From Callorhinchus milii (taxonomy: Eukaryota): a stretch of DNA of 64,000 nucleotides. The translations under genes and the position numbers were made by a program. Position 1 is the first letter of the stretch. Every line of letters starts with the position of its first letter. Location: NCBI RefSeq assembly GCF_018977255.1, contig NW_024704743.1:78246001-78310000 (forward strand). The letters are read 5' to 3'. The notes under the pieces are model-generated. The model ran no database searches. It was not told the origin of the DNA and was given only the letters and a program-made list of their open reading frames with translations. Of the stretch, positions 38,506 through 49,841 are shown one piece after another.

Positions 38506-38879
38506 TGTATCACTGTCTGACAAGCTATCCCCTGCTTGTACAGCTAGGACCATCCTACCCATTAGGGTTTCACTTGCCCGGCTAACAGAAACTGAGTGGG
38601 ATGATTTTCTGCCTCCAGTGACTGGTCTGGCCCTCCAGGTCCTGCCAATGTGCTAGACTGGCTGTGCTATCATCAGCAGTACCCTGAAATACTGTGGACC
38701 TGCCCGGGTCAGGAATCGGACCAGAGACCGACATAGAGGCTGGTTCAATTCCAACATTCCATTGCCAGGCATGTCACCTTGGAGCCAGTTCAGCTACAAG
38801 GAGACCCAGTTTACCTCCTCCCTCCCCCAAGGAGAATAGTTACTAGTTGGTCGTTCGACATCTGACAAGCATGGGTTTG

Positions 38880-39900
38880 AGCCCTCGCTAGGTGGATGGC
38901 TCATCGGTAGGTACCAGGAACTCCCTGCGAGCTTCCTAGGGAGCAACTCATCTCAGCATGAAATGGGTGGTAGCGTTGCCACCATCTTCCTGTCCATAGC
39001 TCGGGCACACGTCTCTTTCCATTGAGCGATGGTTCCACCAATGAGGTGCGGAGTTTAAACTGCAGCTGTTTCCCGCTCTGCAGGCCAATGAAGGTGGATT
39101 CCAGGAGCTGGACGTACGAAAGTCTGGTAACAAACTTGGATTCCAGGTAACACGTTCCAGCAGCTGTCACCTCAAGTTTCAGAGTTTCCTCATCAGCTAT
39201 CTGGTTGGCATCTGCCTTCAGTGTGACACAAGGACCTGTACAGGACAGCTTGTGATGTGGTAGCCACCTTGATGTTGTTGAAGTCCAAGTCCAATGCCAC
39301 ATATCAGGCTTATGCAACACCAGCTGCTCAATCCAGGGCCTCATGTGTGGGGCCTTGGCAAATAGACGTGCCCACTGTGAAGCCGCTTCTGCCTCCAGGG
39401 TGCTTAGTGACAGGTCAGTGTAGGCTGGAGCCCTCTCTCCCTGCAGCCGCTTCCCTGGTTTGCACCTCATTGCTTGATCCTGAACTTTGCAAATGGGTCG
39501 GAGGAAACCCCTCCACTGCATCCCCAGGAGCTTGGATCCATAAAGGAGGACTGTTTGCATGCCACAGATCTTGTATGCCACAAGCTTGACTTGCATTGCG
39601 ACCTTGCTGTGCTTGAAGGGGAAGATCAGAATGCCCTTCACTCCTTCTCAGCGCGATCATGCTAAATCAGTATCCATGCTGAAATTGGTGTTCACAAGGA
39701 ACCTATCTAAAGGATTCGATACTGGTCGGGACATTCTTGATTGATGTTGCAGTCTGATTTGCAGCAGGGTTTCAAAACATAGTACTCGTTTCCATTTGAG
39801 ACGCACATTTCAGACTCAGAGGTACCTCTTTGCTCCGCCAAGTGGCACTAAAGAGCTATTGGAAATCATTCTTCTTAGCAGCTCCACTTGTAGCAAATTG
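38880..39900 (-). mobile_element. Degraded 3' part of a non-LTR retrotransposon distinct from the local L2/CR1 (RT thumb + CCHC-like motif; RTE/RTEX-like)
   Basis: RYL(G)-like motif at ~39825, QTVLLYGSK thumb-like motif, and CPSYGQEDGGNATTHFMLR zinc-knuckle-like segment across shifted frames. Confidence 0.5.
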
Positions 39901-40567
39901 TCAGTACTGCACATTCCAACCCAAATCCAATAATTCTTAGAACCATAGAAATTTACAATGCAGAAGAAGGTCATTCCCCTTCGTGTCTGCAGGCCTCCCT
40001 CAAGAGAAATCCTTTCAGTCCCATTTACCTGCCCTTTCCCCAAACCCTTAAATTCAAATGTTTTACCGTACAATCCAATTTTTCATCCTTTTAGATTACA
40101 GAAAAAACAGCAAACAGCCTAAGACAATTTTTAAGTTTAATCTATTGGTTGATAAAAACATTAATAGTAATCTTTGCATTTGATAAAGCACCTTATCACT
40201 TTGTCAAACCATCGCAAAATGCTTCAAGGCATTGATAAAGTGGTAGAGTGTAGTGACTGTGTATTTTATAGACAGACAAGTTCTCCAATTTGGGCACAGC
40301 AATGCCCTACAAACAGCAATGAAGTGAACGAGTTTCTCTTTTTGAACAGTGGGATCTAAAACTTGCGCCTGTACAGGCAGATAAGATCTTGGTTTAATGG
40401 AGTGGTAGCCAACGTTTTGCTAAGGTGTGCCACAGTGTGAGTTCAAGGCATATCGCCGTGCCACACTAAAAAAAATCCTGGAAAAAAAAGATGCATTTAT
40501 TAAGAAATTCACAATAAAATATCAAATAAGTTACTTAATGAAGCTTCTGAATTTGTTTTTTGTTTAT

Positions 40568-40940
40568 GAGTCCTGTAGCTCAGTGGTTAGAGCACTCGAC
40601 TCGCAAGCGAGAGACCTGGGTTCAATTCCCGATAGGGTGAAATGTTGGGCAAGTTTCCTTACTTCACATGCCTCTGTTTACCAGCAGTAAGTAGGAACCC
40701 GGTTGTTAGTCGATTGGCAGATCGCTTTTCCGGGGGCAATAATTCCTTCAAAAAAATACTAAATTGGTTACTTCTATCCACGATTGTTTGTGGGACACTG
40801 CTGTGTGCAATTGGCTGCCGCGTTTTACCCATAAATATACAGTCAATTCACTTTACAGTATATTCTGTGAAGTGCTTTGAAATGTCTCAAAAACGTGATA
40901 AGGCGCTATATCAAATGCAAAGGTTATTATTATTATGATT
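40568..40940 (+). mobile_element. tRNA-derived SINE, long variant (similar copies ~30150-30510, 49940-50309, 55920-56276 on minus)
   Basis: Same head and tail as the short variant plus an internal ctctgtttaccagcagtaagtaggaacccggttgttagtcgattgg segment. Confidence 0.88.
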
Positions 40941-40944
40941 ATCA

Positions 40945-41700
40945 GTTTTAAGCACACCAGGAGAAGAAGATTATTAATGTGATCATCTGTTAGTTTGGAA
41001 CGGTATTTATTTTTTATGAAGTTCATGGTGGAAAAGGACTGCTCACAGGTGTAGGTTGATCTGAACCTGCACGCATATCGAAGTGTGGAGTCGTGCGATT
41101 TAGTCATGCAAATCACTTTTCCTAGAGACAAATTTCCAAAGTCTACTGAGGAAGCACACAGTTCTTTGAATTTGCTATGTAGGCCTGAATGATATTTAAG
41201 GTCCAAAATTTCCAACTAAAAATAGAGAAAGGGTTGGTGAAAAGTGCTGTATTGTCTTTATTTTTAAATCTTGAAAACGGGCATCAAAGGAATTAATTAA
41301 TTAGTGAAAAAATTGCAGTCTGATAATTTTCAAAATTGATGATGACGTTACCGTCATTTTTTAACCTTTGCAAGTGAACAAAGTGATCCAATTTTTTTCA
41401 AGACAAAACATTCAAAAAATGTTAAGTTTGGCTTTGAAAGCTGAAATTAAACAGAGTTGGAAAAAGGCAATCCTTTCCTTGCAACCGTACATTCAGGTTG
41501 GTAAGATGACCGGTAATGTTCGTAAGGAAAGCTTTGTAAGCTCCCTGAGACAGTCATTGTCTTGAAGGACCTTGCAGTTTTCAATAAGTTCTCCCATATC
41601 TTCCGAAAATGTAATCACTTTTTCTTTTAAATTCCAAAATCTTTCAAGAGCCTTCCCCTTTGATAGCCAACAAACATTGCACTGAAGAAGCAAATGCCAA
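40945..41700 (-). pseudogene. Decayed hAT transposase C-terminal half (GTF2IRD2/SPIN-like)
   Basis: Motifs LLLQCNVCWLSKGKALERFWNLKEKV (~ HxEVRWLSRGKVL.RF) and RFRSTYTCEQSFSTMNFIKNKYRSKLTDDHI (hAT dimerisation domain); broken by frameshifts and stops. Confidence 0.88.
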
Positions 41701-41745
41701 CACACAATACACATCACACATGCAGTAGAGTGACTGTGGACTTAC

Positions 41746-41844
41746 CCCGCCGGTCAGGTTGGGCTCCGCTTTCTTTGCCAAAAGCAGCCGAACAATTTCA
41801 TCCTTTTAGTGGGCGGCAGCCAAGTGCAGATCGGTGCGTCCATC
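41746..41844 (-). pseudogene. Orphan 99-bp ankyrin-repeat exon (TRPN1/NompC-like) with one in-frame stop, inside the hAT element
   Basis: gttctctgttcttttgtttcag|DGRTDLHLAAAH*KDEIVRLLLAKKAEPNLTGG|GTAAGT: exactly 33 codons, phase 0-0, ankyrin consensus G.T.LH.AA......IV.LLL...A.PN; TAA at 41808-41806. Confidence 0.8.
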
Positions 41845-42079
41845 CTGAAACAAAAGAACAGAGAACATGTTACAACAAAGCCAGGACATTGGGGATGAGC
41901 AGCACATCAATTCGTAAGAGCTTAAGAGGACATGAAAAGTCTATTTATTCCATTCAAGGCTATTGTTCCCATATGTATGTCCATACAACAAATTGGCAAC
42001 CACCCAACTCTTACTCAAGGCTCACTGACATGCTGACTAGTGTCATCACATACACACACAATGGCCTAATAGTTTAAAC

Positions 42080-42815
42080 CAGGCTGGTCCAACCTTTTGG
42101 CTGTTGAGGGCCAGATGCCTTATTTGAGAAATGCCGCGGGCCGCAGCAGCAATATTTTTGTGTTTCCTTTCCAGAAACATAACATTTACACTGCACAACT
42201 TTGACCCATATTGATCCCAAGACATTCCTTCTACATATGCTCTCTTCCTAAAGCTCGATTGGAGCTGTTTCTGTCTCTATAACCCTCTACCCCTTTCTCG
42301 ACAAATAGATGAAATGTGAGCCAGGCACTGTTGGTAACACTTTCGCCTAGGAGTCTAAAAAGGATCAAGGCCTAGGTTAGCCTCACAGTCTAGGTTGACA
42401 ATGCATTGCAGTGGGAAGAGGGGGTGGAGTGAGCACTCATGTAGGCTCAGAGGGTCAATAACAATAACAACTTGCTTTACTTCTCGTACAGGGTGGTGTC
42501 CCAGAGTGCTTGTCGGTGAAGGAGCACGACGCTGAGCCGGGGGAGGGGGATATGACATAGGCACGGTGGAAAGGTGAAAGTCTTCAGGCACGATCTGAAG
42601 AAGGGAAAGGAAGGGGAAAGGCGGAGAGATAGAGGAAGTATTCCAGAGTCTCAAAGTGTAGTGGCTGAAAGCACGGCTCACCAATGTTGGATCGGAGTTG
42701 CGAGTGTAAGTGTTATGTTTCTGGAAAGGAAACACAAAAATATTTCTTATGCGGCCCACGGACGTTTCTCAAAAAGACATCCAGCCCTCGGCAGTCAAAA
42801 GGTTGGACCAGCCTG
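42080..42815. mobile_element. hAT-type MITE with ~130-bp inverted repeats, containing an L2 3' fragment (~42455-42685, minus)
   Basis: Ends CAGGCTGGTCCAACCTTTT... / ...AAAAGGTTGGACCAGCCTG; inverted similarity continues through tttgtgtttcctttccagaaacataaca; TSD GTTTAAAC (42072-42079) / CTTTAAAC (42816-42823). Confidence 0.85.
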
Positions 42816-45800
42816 CTTTAAACTATCAGCCTATTTTGTGTGCTTGTCCTGAATCCATAAGTGCAACGTTAAGAGGAAATTTATAACATCCCCAAGCAGT
42901 TTCATACGGTGAGATATTGTGTTATTCATGTACAGTCAAGGTGAGACCTATTGACCCATTGAGCCGACATGAGAGTTTGCTCCGCCTATTGCACCAAGAA
43001 ATGCTTGACCCAACCAAACCTTCATCACATCCACTTAGACATCCAGCCTCTCCCTCACTGTTCTCCCACATGTGCCACTATCAAGGGCGTGTTGTGCCAC
43101 CTTGTCGCTGATTGGCCACCACTGGTTTAATGTCTCCTCCGAAGGAAAACTCAGGGTTTCATTGACTTGAAGAGTTCCCACAGAAACCTTCCCACCGCTT
43201 GCTTCCCTGCCTAGATATCTGCTTTTATTGCTGCTGTATTGTGAGACTGTTGGTTTGCATACGTTTTTTCTTTCCTCTTTCCCTCCATATGTTGCCCTTG
43301 CACTCCCTTTCTCCTTCCGTCCTGTATTCCGTCATTCAGTTCCTATATATTGTACTTCTCTTCCTTCTCTTCCAATCAAAGGTGAAAGTAAAGTGCCTTA
43401 TTTCAGTTCATGGCAGCAATGGCCCGTATTGCAGTACTGTTTGTGAGGTGTTTTTTGCAGAATTCTGTACTGAAGTTTACTTGATCATGGCCAGTAGTTT
43501 AATAGTTGTGATCTTAGCATATATATGGACGCAGGAGTTACTGCTATCATTAATAAAACTCTCCAGTATCTATCATTAATAAAACTCTCCTGAATAACCA
43601 GAAAATAACTTATACTAGACCAGTTACAATCAACTGGGGTCTATATAGATAGTTGTAATTAATCTGTATGTTTTATACATGACAGTAAATACAATAAATC
43701 AAATGAATATAATCCACCATTAACCGTATTGAAGCCTAATCTGGGAATTGTGGCTAATTCATCTACAAAACTTGCAGTCACCTTACTTTATATCCCATGA
43801 AGCCCTTTGAAACATCATCCCAACTTGAAATGTGCTGTATCAAATGTAAGTATTAATATATTCTTAATGTAAATGAGCAAATAAATAAAAAAGGCTTACG
43901 AATAAATATTTTAAAGTTTTTTAAGGTGACACAATACTAGGTGTTAACACATTCATTCACTATGAAAACACTGCTGAACACAAATTAAATGCAACACATA
44001 AATGATTTACCACACTGGTTGGTAGATTGTGCTTAAGATCTAAGAACACACTTGTTTAATTCATTGAATTGAGAGTCCTTGAGCATCAATTTTTGGAACA
44101 GTATTCCAATCTTCAGAGTAGAAACATAAATGTATTGTCAATGACACAGCTTAGTGAACTTAGTTAGCTTAGAATTATGCTTGCTTAGTTGTAAAAATTA
44201 AATTGTTTCTTACAAACATCCCGTTCTGCTGCCAATTAAAATGTAATTTAATTCATGCTGCTTAAATTGTTAAACAATTACTGATGAGCCTTCAAGTTGA
44301 AGCCTATTAAAAGGCCAATTATAGTTAATAGCTTACAAGCTGACTTCAAAATTTGACATATGTTCTATCTAAAATACTGTACAATCATAATGCTACAGAG
44401 ATGATTCACCAAAGATCATTTGTAGCAATTGGCACAGTGAAAACATTGTATTTTTCTGTGTTCTAAAAATCCATTGACTATCTACATGTGGTGTGAATAT
44501 ATAATGGAGGTCTATTATTTAACAAACCATAGGAATATCACATTTTTAAATCAACTATAAAGGTTCCAGTTAATGTGAGGTACCATGTTTTGCAGATATA
44601 AATTGCCTTTTCATCACCTATATTTCTGATTTCACTGCAAGCAGAGATTCTCTTCTATGAAAATTTGATAATACGTTTAGCACAATACAAACAAGATAAG
44701 ACTGTCCTCACGTTTGATTCTCTGAAATTTTTTACGTAAAACAATTTCCACTTTGCAGGTCAATATTAATTGATAATATTGGCAATGAGTCAAGCCCACT
44801 GTTTAAAAATGCTTATTGAAATAAAGTGTTCACTTTTCCATTGCTCTAATTCAGCATTATCTTCACACAGCAATGTGTTCATTTGTGACAAAGAACACAA
44901 TAAAGAGAAGACATGAATTTCAATAGTATACTATCTTTACTATGGACAAAACACTTCATGCATTGAAATAAATATACCCTAGTTATTTGGTCTCTTAAAC
45001 AATTGAATATTTTGAAGGCTCTGATAATGTTTGATATTAGATAAAGTTTTCCATTTTAAACTTTCCACAACAGGTGTCAGCCTGGCTCAGTTAGTAGTAC
45101 TCTCACCTCTGAGTCAGAGGGTTCGGGGTCAGGATTTTGAACTAACATAGACTAAGGCTGACACTCCAAAACAGAGCTGGGTGCTGGGGACACTGCATTG
45201 TCACACGTCCTGTGTTTCAGATGAAATGTTAAATTGAGATCCCATCTGCCTGTTCGTGCGGATATTAAAGAACCAGTGAGAAAAAATTAAATCGTGCTGC
45301 TGAGTAACACAGACATCTTTTTGCAACATGTTTATAATGGGAAATTCCATTTTTAACATAAAGTGAAAATAAAGTCCCTCGTTCTAGCAATCAGCCCCAA
45401 TAGAAAGCAATTAGCCATTAATTAGCTATGCAGAGTGTATCCAGATTCCTTTCCGAAAGGTGATGTCTCAAACTAATGTGTGGCTCCAGCAGAACCCCAG
45501 CCTTCTACTAAATTGGTAGTTAGTCACGTCTAAATAATAATAATCCTTGTATTTGATATAGAGCCTTATCACATCATTGAGACATCTCAAAGCACTTCAC
45601 ACAATATACTATAAAGTGAATTGACTGTATATTTGTGGGGAAAACGTGGCAGCCAATTGCGCACAGCAATGTCCCACAAACAGTAGAGGATTGAAGTGAC
45701 CAATTTATTATTTTTTTGAAGGAACTATTACCCCGGAAAAGCGATACGTCATTCGACTAACAACTGGGTTCCTACTTACTGCTAGGTAAACAGAGGCGTT

Positions 45801-46700
45801 TGGTTGATCTCACCAGAGATGTAAATGTAGGCGGTTGGCATGTTATTTAGCTGCAGGGGGCGTGGGGTCTGGTGGTTGGAGGAAGGTTGGGGGGAGAATG
45901 GAACATAACTGTATCCAATCTTGTCTCACCTGCAGATCTCTACACATAAGTACTTTATAGCAGGGTCACTGGACAGCAATCTGGCTGATGTTTCCTCATC
46001 TGGAGAGAACTGAGGCTGATTGTAACATCTTCACAGTTTAGCTTGGGTGAGATCAACTAAGTTAACACAGACCTAAAACCAAACCTATGTGATTCAGTAA
46101 CACACCACATGGTGCACTTATACACCATGAATTATTAAGGGAGCTTTGGATCATCTTTTCTTTGTTAGTTAATGGATGTTCTGACTTAGTTGCAGCACAG
46201 TTTAAATAATAATCCTTGTGTTTGACATGGCAGCTAGGCCATCGAGAACAGATTACAAAATTATAATTTCATACGATCAGTCAGCACGAGACGGAGTGAA
46301 GAAATAACTAATGAACTCAGGGGAACACAGTACATGTCAGACACTGTAAAACTTCAACATGATAAACTGTGAAAGGGTATCTAACACAAAAAGCCTTTGC
46401 TACAAAGTGTTTCACATGCACCATTATCAAGCTGTTATCAATATATATACATTAAAAAAATTTAGAAACAGGATAAATATACATGATGCATCGCAAAATG
46501 TGCTTACAAATCTCTCTTATTAGCAACAATCCAACAGCCACAGCAACTCACGTTAACAGACAGAAACCTTTGATAAAAAGCTAATGGATCACACATATAA
46601 AACATTCCTGAGAAAAGAGTTCCTCTTCTTTGGTAGTGAGTAAAAGAGGCATGAAATGATGGGCAGATTCAGTTCTCAGATACTGAACTTCGCAAAGAGC

Positions 46701-46891
46701 TCAGAAATTTGGTCCTTTGCTAAAAGGATTTCGGCCACTATTGTAGAAATTATAACAGCTGGACATATCACAGACTCCGGGTGCTCCCGAGGGGCCACGT
46801 TTTCCCGGACTGCCAGGCATTCCATTTCTTCCTGGGTCCCCAGGCACTCCTTGCAATCCTTGTCCACTGGGACCTGGAAGTCCTGGGAGAC
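46701..46891 (-). CDS. FACIT collagen alpha-1(XXI)-like, last coding exon (end of COL1 + NC1)
   Basis: tctag|GT CTC CCA GGA... Gly-X-Y then [30 protein letters not shown] CxxxxC motif; C-terminus resembles the COL21A1 ending PFRKGPNY. Confidence 0.92.
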
Positions 46892-47869
46892 CTAGAATTA
46901 CAGGCAAATATTAAGTTATTATTGTCGGTATTTTGGGTGCAATCGATCATTTCAGATTATACTTTCTGTAAACCTCCAGAAATGTCAATATCGTTCAGTG
47001 TGAAATAACATCAAAGCCATAAAGATGGTAAAGATGGGCATTGGTGTCATTTCATGCTGCCAGCACAAAAACTCACCAAAAATACCTCACGCCCAGTAAT
47101 GTGAAATTTACAAATTATAACATATAAAAGGAAAGATTTAGACACTGTAATGTAATTTTAGACATCAGGCAATCAAAACATGAACCTGCAGTTTTTGATG
47201 CTATAATATAATAATAATCTTTGCATTTGATATAGCGCTTTTCACGTCTTCAAGACATCTCAAAGAGCTTCCCAGAATATACTGTAAAGTGAATTGATTG
47301 TATATTTGTGGGCGAAACTTGGCAGCCAATTGCGCACACCAGTGACCCACAACAATCGTGGATTGAGTAACTAAATTTTTTTTATTGTTTGTTTTTTTCT
47401 TGAGGATTATTATCAGGCGTGTGGAGTAAGGAAACTTGCCCAAGGTTTCGTCCTGCCGGGAATCAAACCCAGGTCTCTCGTTTGCAAGGCGAATGCTCTA
47501 ACCACTGAGCCACAGGACTTCATGTTGTCTAAACACTTCATCTATATTTCCTCAGGTGAGTAGAGCTGGATGTTCATGAATGGTCCACTGACTCATAGTT
47601 CTACATCATAGGAGATTTGTTGATGAGAGCTGAGAGCACATATGAACTTAACCTAAACAGTTACAGAAAGCTATTTCCAATGTAACAATTGGTGGCTGTG
47701 ATATATAGAAAGATGGTCATTTATATTGTCTCTCCAATATAGAAAATCTTAATACAGCAGAAACAGTAGATTGATTGCAGTTGTAATAACTTGGGTAAAA
47801 CAGCAACCACAACATTACAAATGTCCTCCACCCCATTTTCTCCTTTGTCTTCCTTGCCCTGCCTCCCCC

Positions 47870-48012
47870 TCTCTGTTAGCCCTTAAAAGCCTCTCCCTCC
47901 CAACACGCCCCAGCTCTGACGAAGGGTTGTGGACCCGAAACTTTGACTCACTTTCCTTTCTCCATAGATGCTGCTGACCTGCTGAGTGTTCCCAGCAAAT
48001 TCTCCTTTTGTT
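47870..48012 (+). mobile_element. Penelope-like element terminal remnant with degenerate hammerhead-ribozyme core
   Basis: CTGACGA-A-GGGT-TGTGG-ACCC-GAAA at 47916-47940 followed by agatgctgctgacctgctgag. Confidence 0.6.
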
Positions 48013-48447
48013 ACAAGAGGATTGTTTGGATGACTAGTAAACTCAATAATCATTCTATTGTATTTTATGCACTACCTCTTTTTAACTGAGTTTACTTTCA
48101 CAAATGTTCTATGCTCTCCCGATGCCACTCACCATTTCCCGACCAAGAGGATGAGAAGATGGAACTGTTCTGACTGAGTTAATATCACCCAATAACTTAC
48201 AGGCAAGAGGTATCCAAGAGTGACTCAGCTTCCTGAGTTACCATCAGTTACCATCCAATTTTTCCTCCTCTCGTCACCTCAACCTAACTTCATGACAACT
48301 TCAGGGGACTTCATGAAAAAGTTAAAAATGTAAGTCCACAAGCTAACACTGGCCCTTTGGTGCAATATACCGGGGCACTATCACACTTTTTTTTTTACAC
48401 ATTTCTTGTTCCGTGTTGGGGTTTGGTCTGTGGTATTTACACCTTAC

Positions 48448-48525
48448 CTGTTTGGCCAGGTTGCCCAGGTAACCCTGGATAGCCTTCACCTTTTGTGCCT
48501 TTGTCTCCCTTCAATCCCTGGTCAC
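48448..48525 (-). CDS. Collagen XXI-like exon (78 bp)
   Basis: tctag|(G)DQGLKGDKGTKGEGYPGLPGQPGQT G|GTAAG; contains the FACIT COL1 imperfection GEGYP. Confidence 0.92.
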
Positions 48526-48862
48526 CTAGAACCATTAATAAAGATGGTGTATGATGCATTGACATTAAGGTAGCAATTGGGCCACTGCAAATAATCACAT
48601 TTAATTATTTAGCTGGCTTGAAGGAGCAATCATCTCAATATTTAGGGAGGGGAAATGGAAAAAATTAGATACATAATGTTTTTGTGGTGGTGTTTTCACA
48701 ATGTGATAATGGGTATACATCAGTGTGTATATATATATACATATTTATATATATACTGTTTAATAAAGAGCAAACCACCATTTGTCAATAAACTAAAATC
48801 ATAACACTATTTTTGGCACTTGCTAAAATGAAGACTACCAGCTCAATGCCTTGAAATGCCTC

Positions 48863-49310
48863 AAATTCAAGATCCTCACCCTCACCTACAAGGCCATTCA
48901 CGGCCTTGCTCCCTCCTACCTCTCCGACCTACTATCCCCCTACTTACCTGCCTGTACCCTCCGTTCCTCTGGCTCCGGTCTGCTCCACAACCCCCGCCCC
49001 AACCGCCCTACCATCGGTGGCCGGGCCTTCAGCCTCTCAGCCCCTAGGCTCTGGAACTCTATCCCCCAGTGCCTTCGCCTTGCTTCCTCCCTTTCCTCCT
49101 TCAAGGCCGGTCTCAAGACCTTTCTCTTTGACCGTGCCTTCAGCTCCCCTCTCGACTTTCTACCCCCTCCTCGCTCCCTCCCTTCCCTCCCCTCACCCTG
49201 ACCATTTCCCCCTTGCTCGGGTCCTGACCCAACTGTACAGCGCCTTGGGACGTCCTCCCGACGTGAAAGGCGCTCAATAAATGGAATCTTGTTGTTGTTG
49301 TTGTTGTTGA
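48863..49310 (+). mobile_element. L2 3' fragment (young)
   Basis: KFKILTLTYKAIHGLAPSYLSDLL...; near-identical by eye to copies at 7114 and 37345; (TTG)n tail. Confidence 0.9.
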
Positions 49311-49652
49311 AAGCTCCCACAATAGCAAAGCTGTACAGTAACTCCTAAGTAAGTTTTGTATCTTTGAGTGCAGCATTACTGTACTTTTTTCTCAGTCTCA
49401 CTTAGGAACATAGCAATGTACAGGATTAAAAAAAGACAATAGCCAGCCCTTCTGGCTCGTCTCAGTTGTTGACTTTTAGTTACAGAGCTAACATTATAAT
49501 AATAATAATCCTTGCATTTGATATAGCGCTTTTCGCATCTTCTAGACGTTTCAAAGAGCTTCACAGAATATTGACCGTATATTGACTGTATATTTATGGG
49601 CGAAATCACTCTCTCAGGAGATGTTTCCATAACTAATAGCGGTTTTAATTAC

Positions 49653-49841
49653 CTTGTATTCCTGGCAGTCCAGGGATGCCAGGTTGGCCTCGGTACCCTC
49701 GCCTTCCCGCTGTGCCAGGATATCCAGGGAATCCTCTCTCTCCAGGCCCCCCCGGCAGGCCTGGTGAGCCAGGTGTATCTTTGCCAACTTCACAAGGCTG
49801 ACAACTTGGTTTCATACTTTGAAGAAGTGAAGGCAACTGAG
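49653..49841 (-). CDS. Collagen XXI-like exon (189 bp; NC2 + start of COL1)
   Basis: atatag|(T)[39 protein letters not shown]...GIQ G|GTAAT. Confidence 0.92.

Larger units (their letters stand above)
40400..43124 (-). mobile_element. hAT (Buster/Charlie/SPIN-like) DNA transposon, non-autonomous, with internal non-transposon DNA
   Basis: Imperfect TIRs GAGTGGTAGCCAAC... / ...ATTGGCCACCACTG; identical 8-bp TSD GTTTAATG at 40392-40399 and 43125-43132; the flanks rejoin into a continuous Deu-SINE sequence. Confidence 0.85.

Noticed and set aside
42824..43070. Second captured exon inside the hAT element
   Set aside because: No convincing splice-bounded ankyrin-like frame seen.
45800..46140. Possible ancient SINE-like remnant downstream of the collagen stop
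   Set aside because: Too degenerate to name or bound reliably without alignment.
43200..46700. Collagen 3' UTR end / polyadenylation site
   Set aside because: Several AT-rich candidates; cannot be chosen without transcript data.
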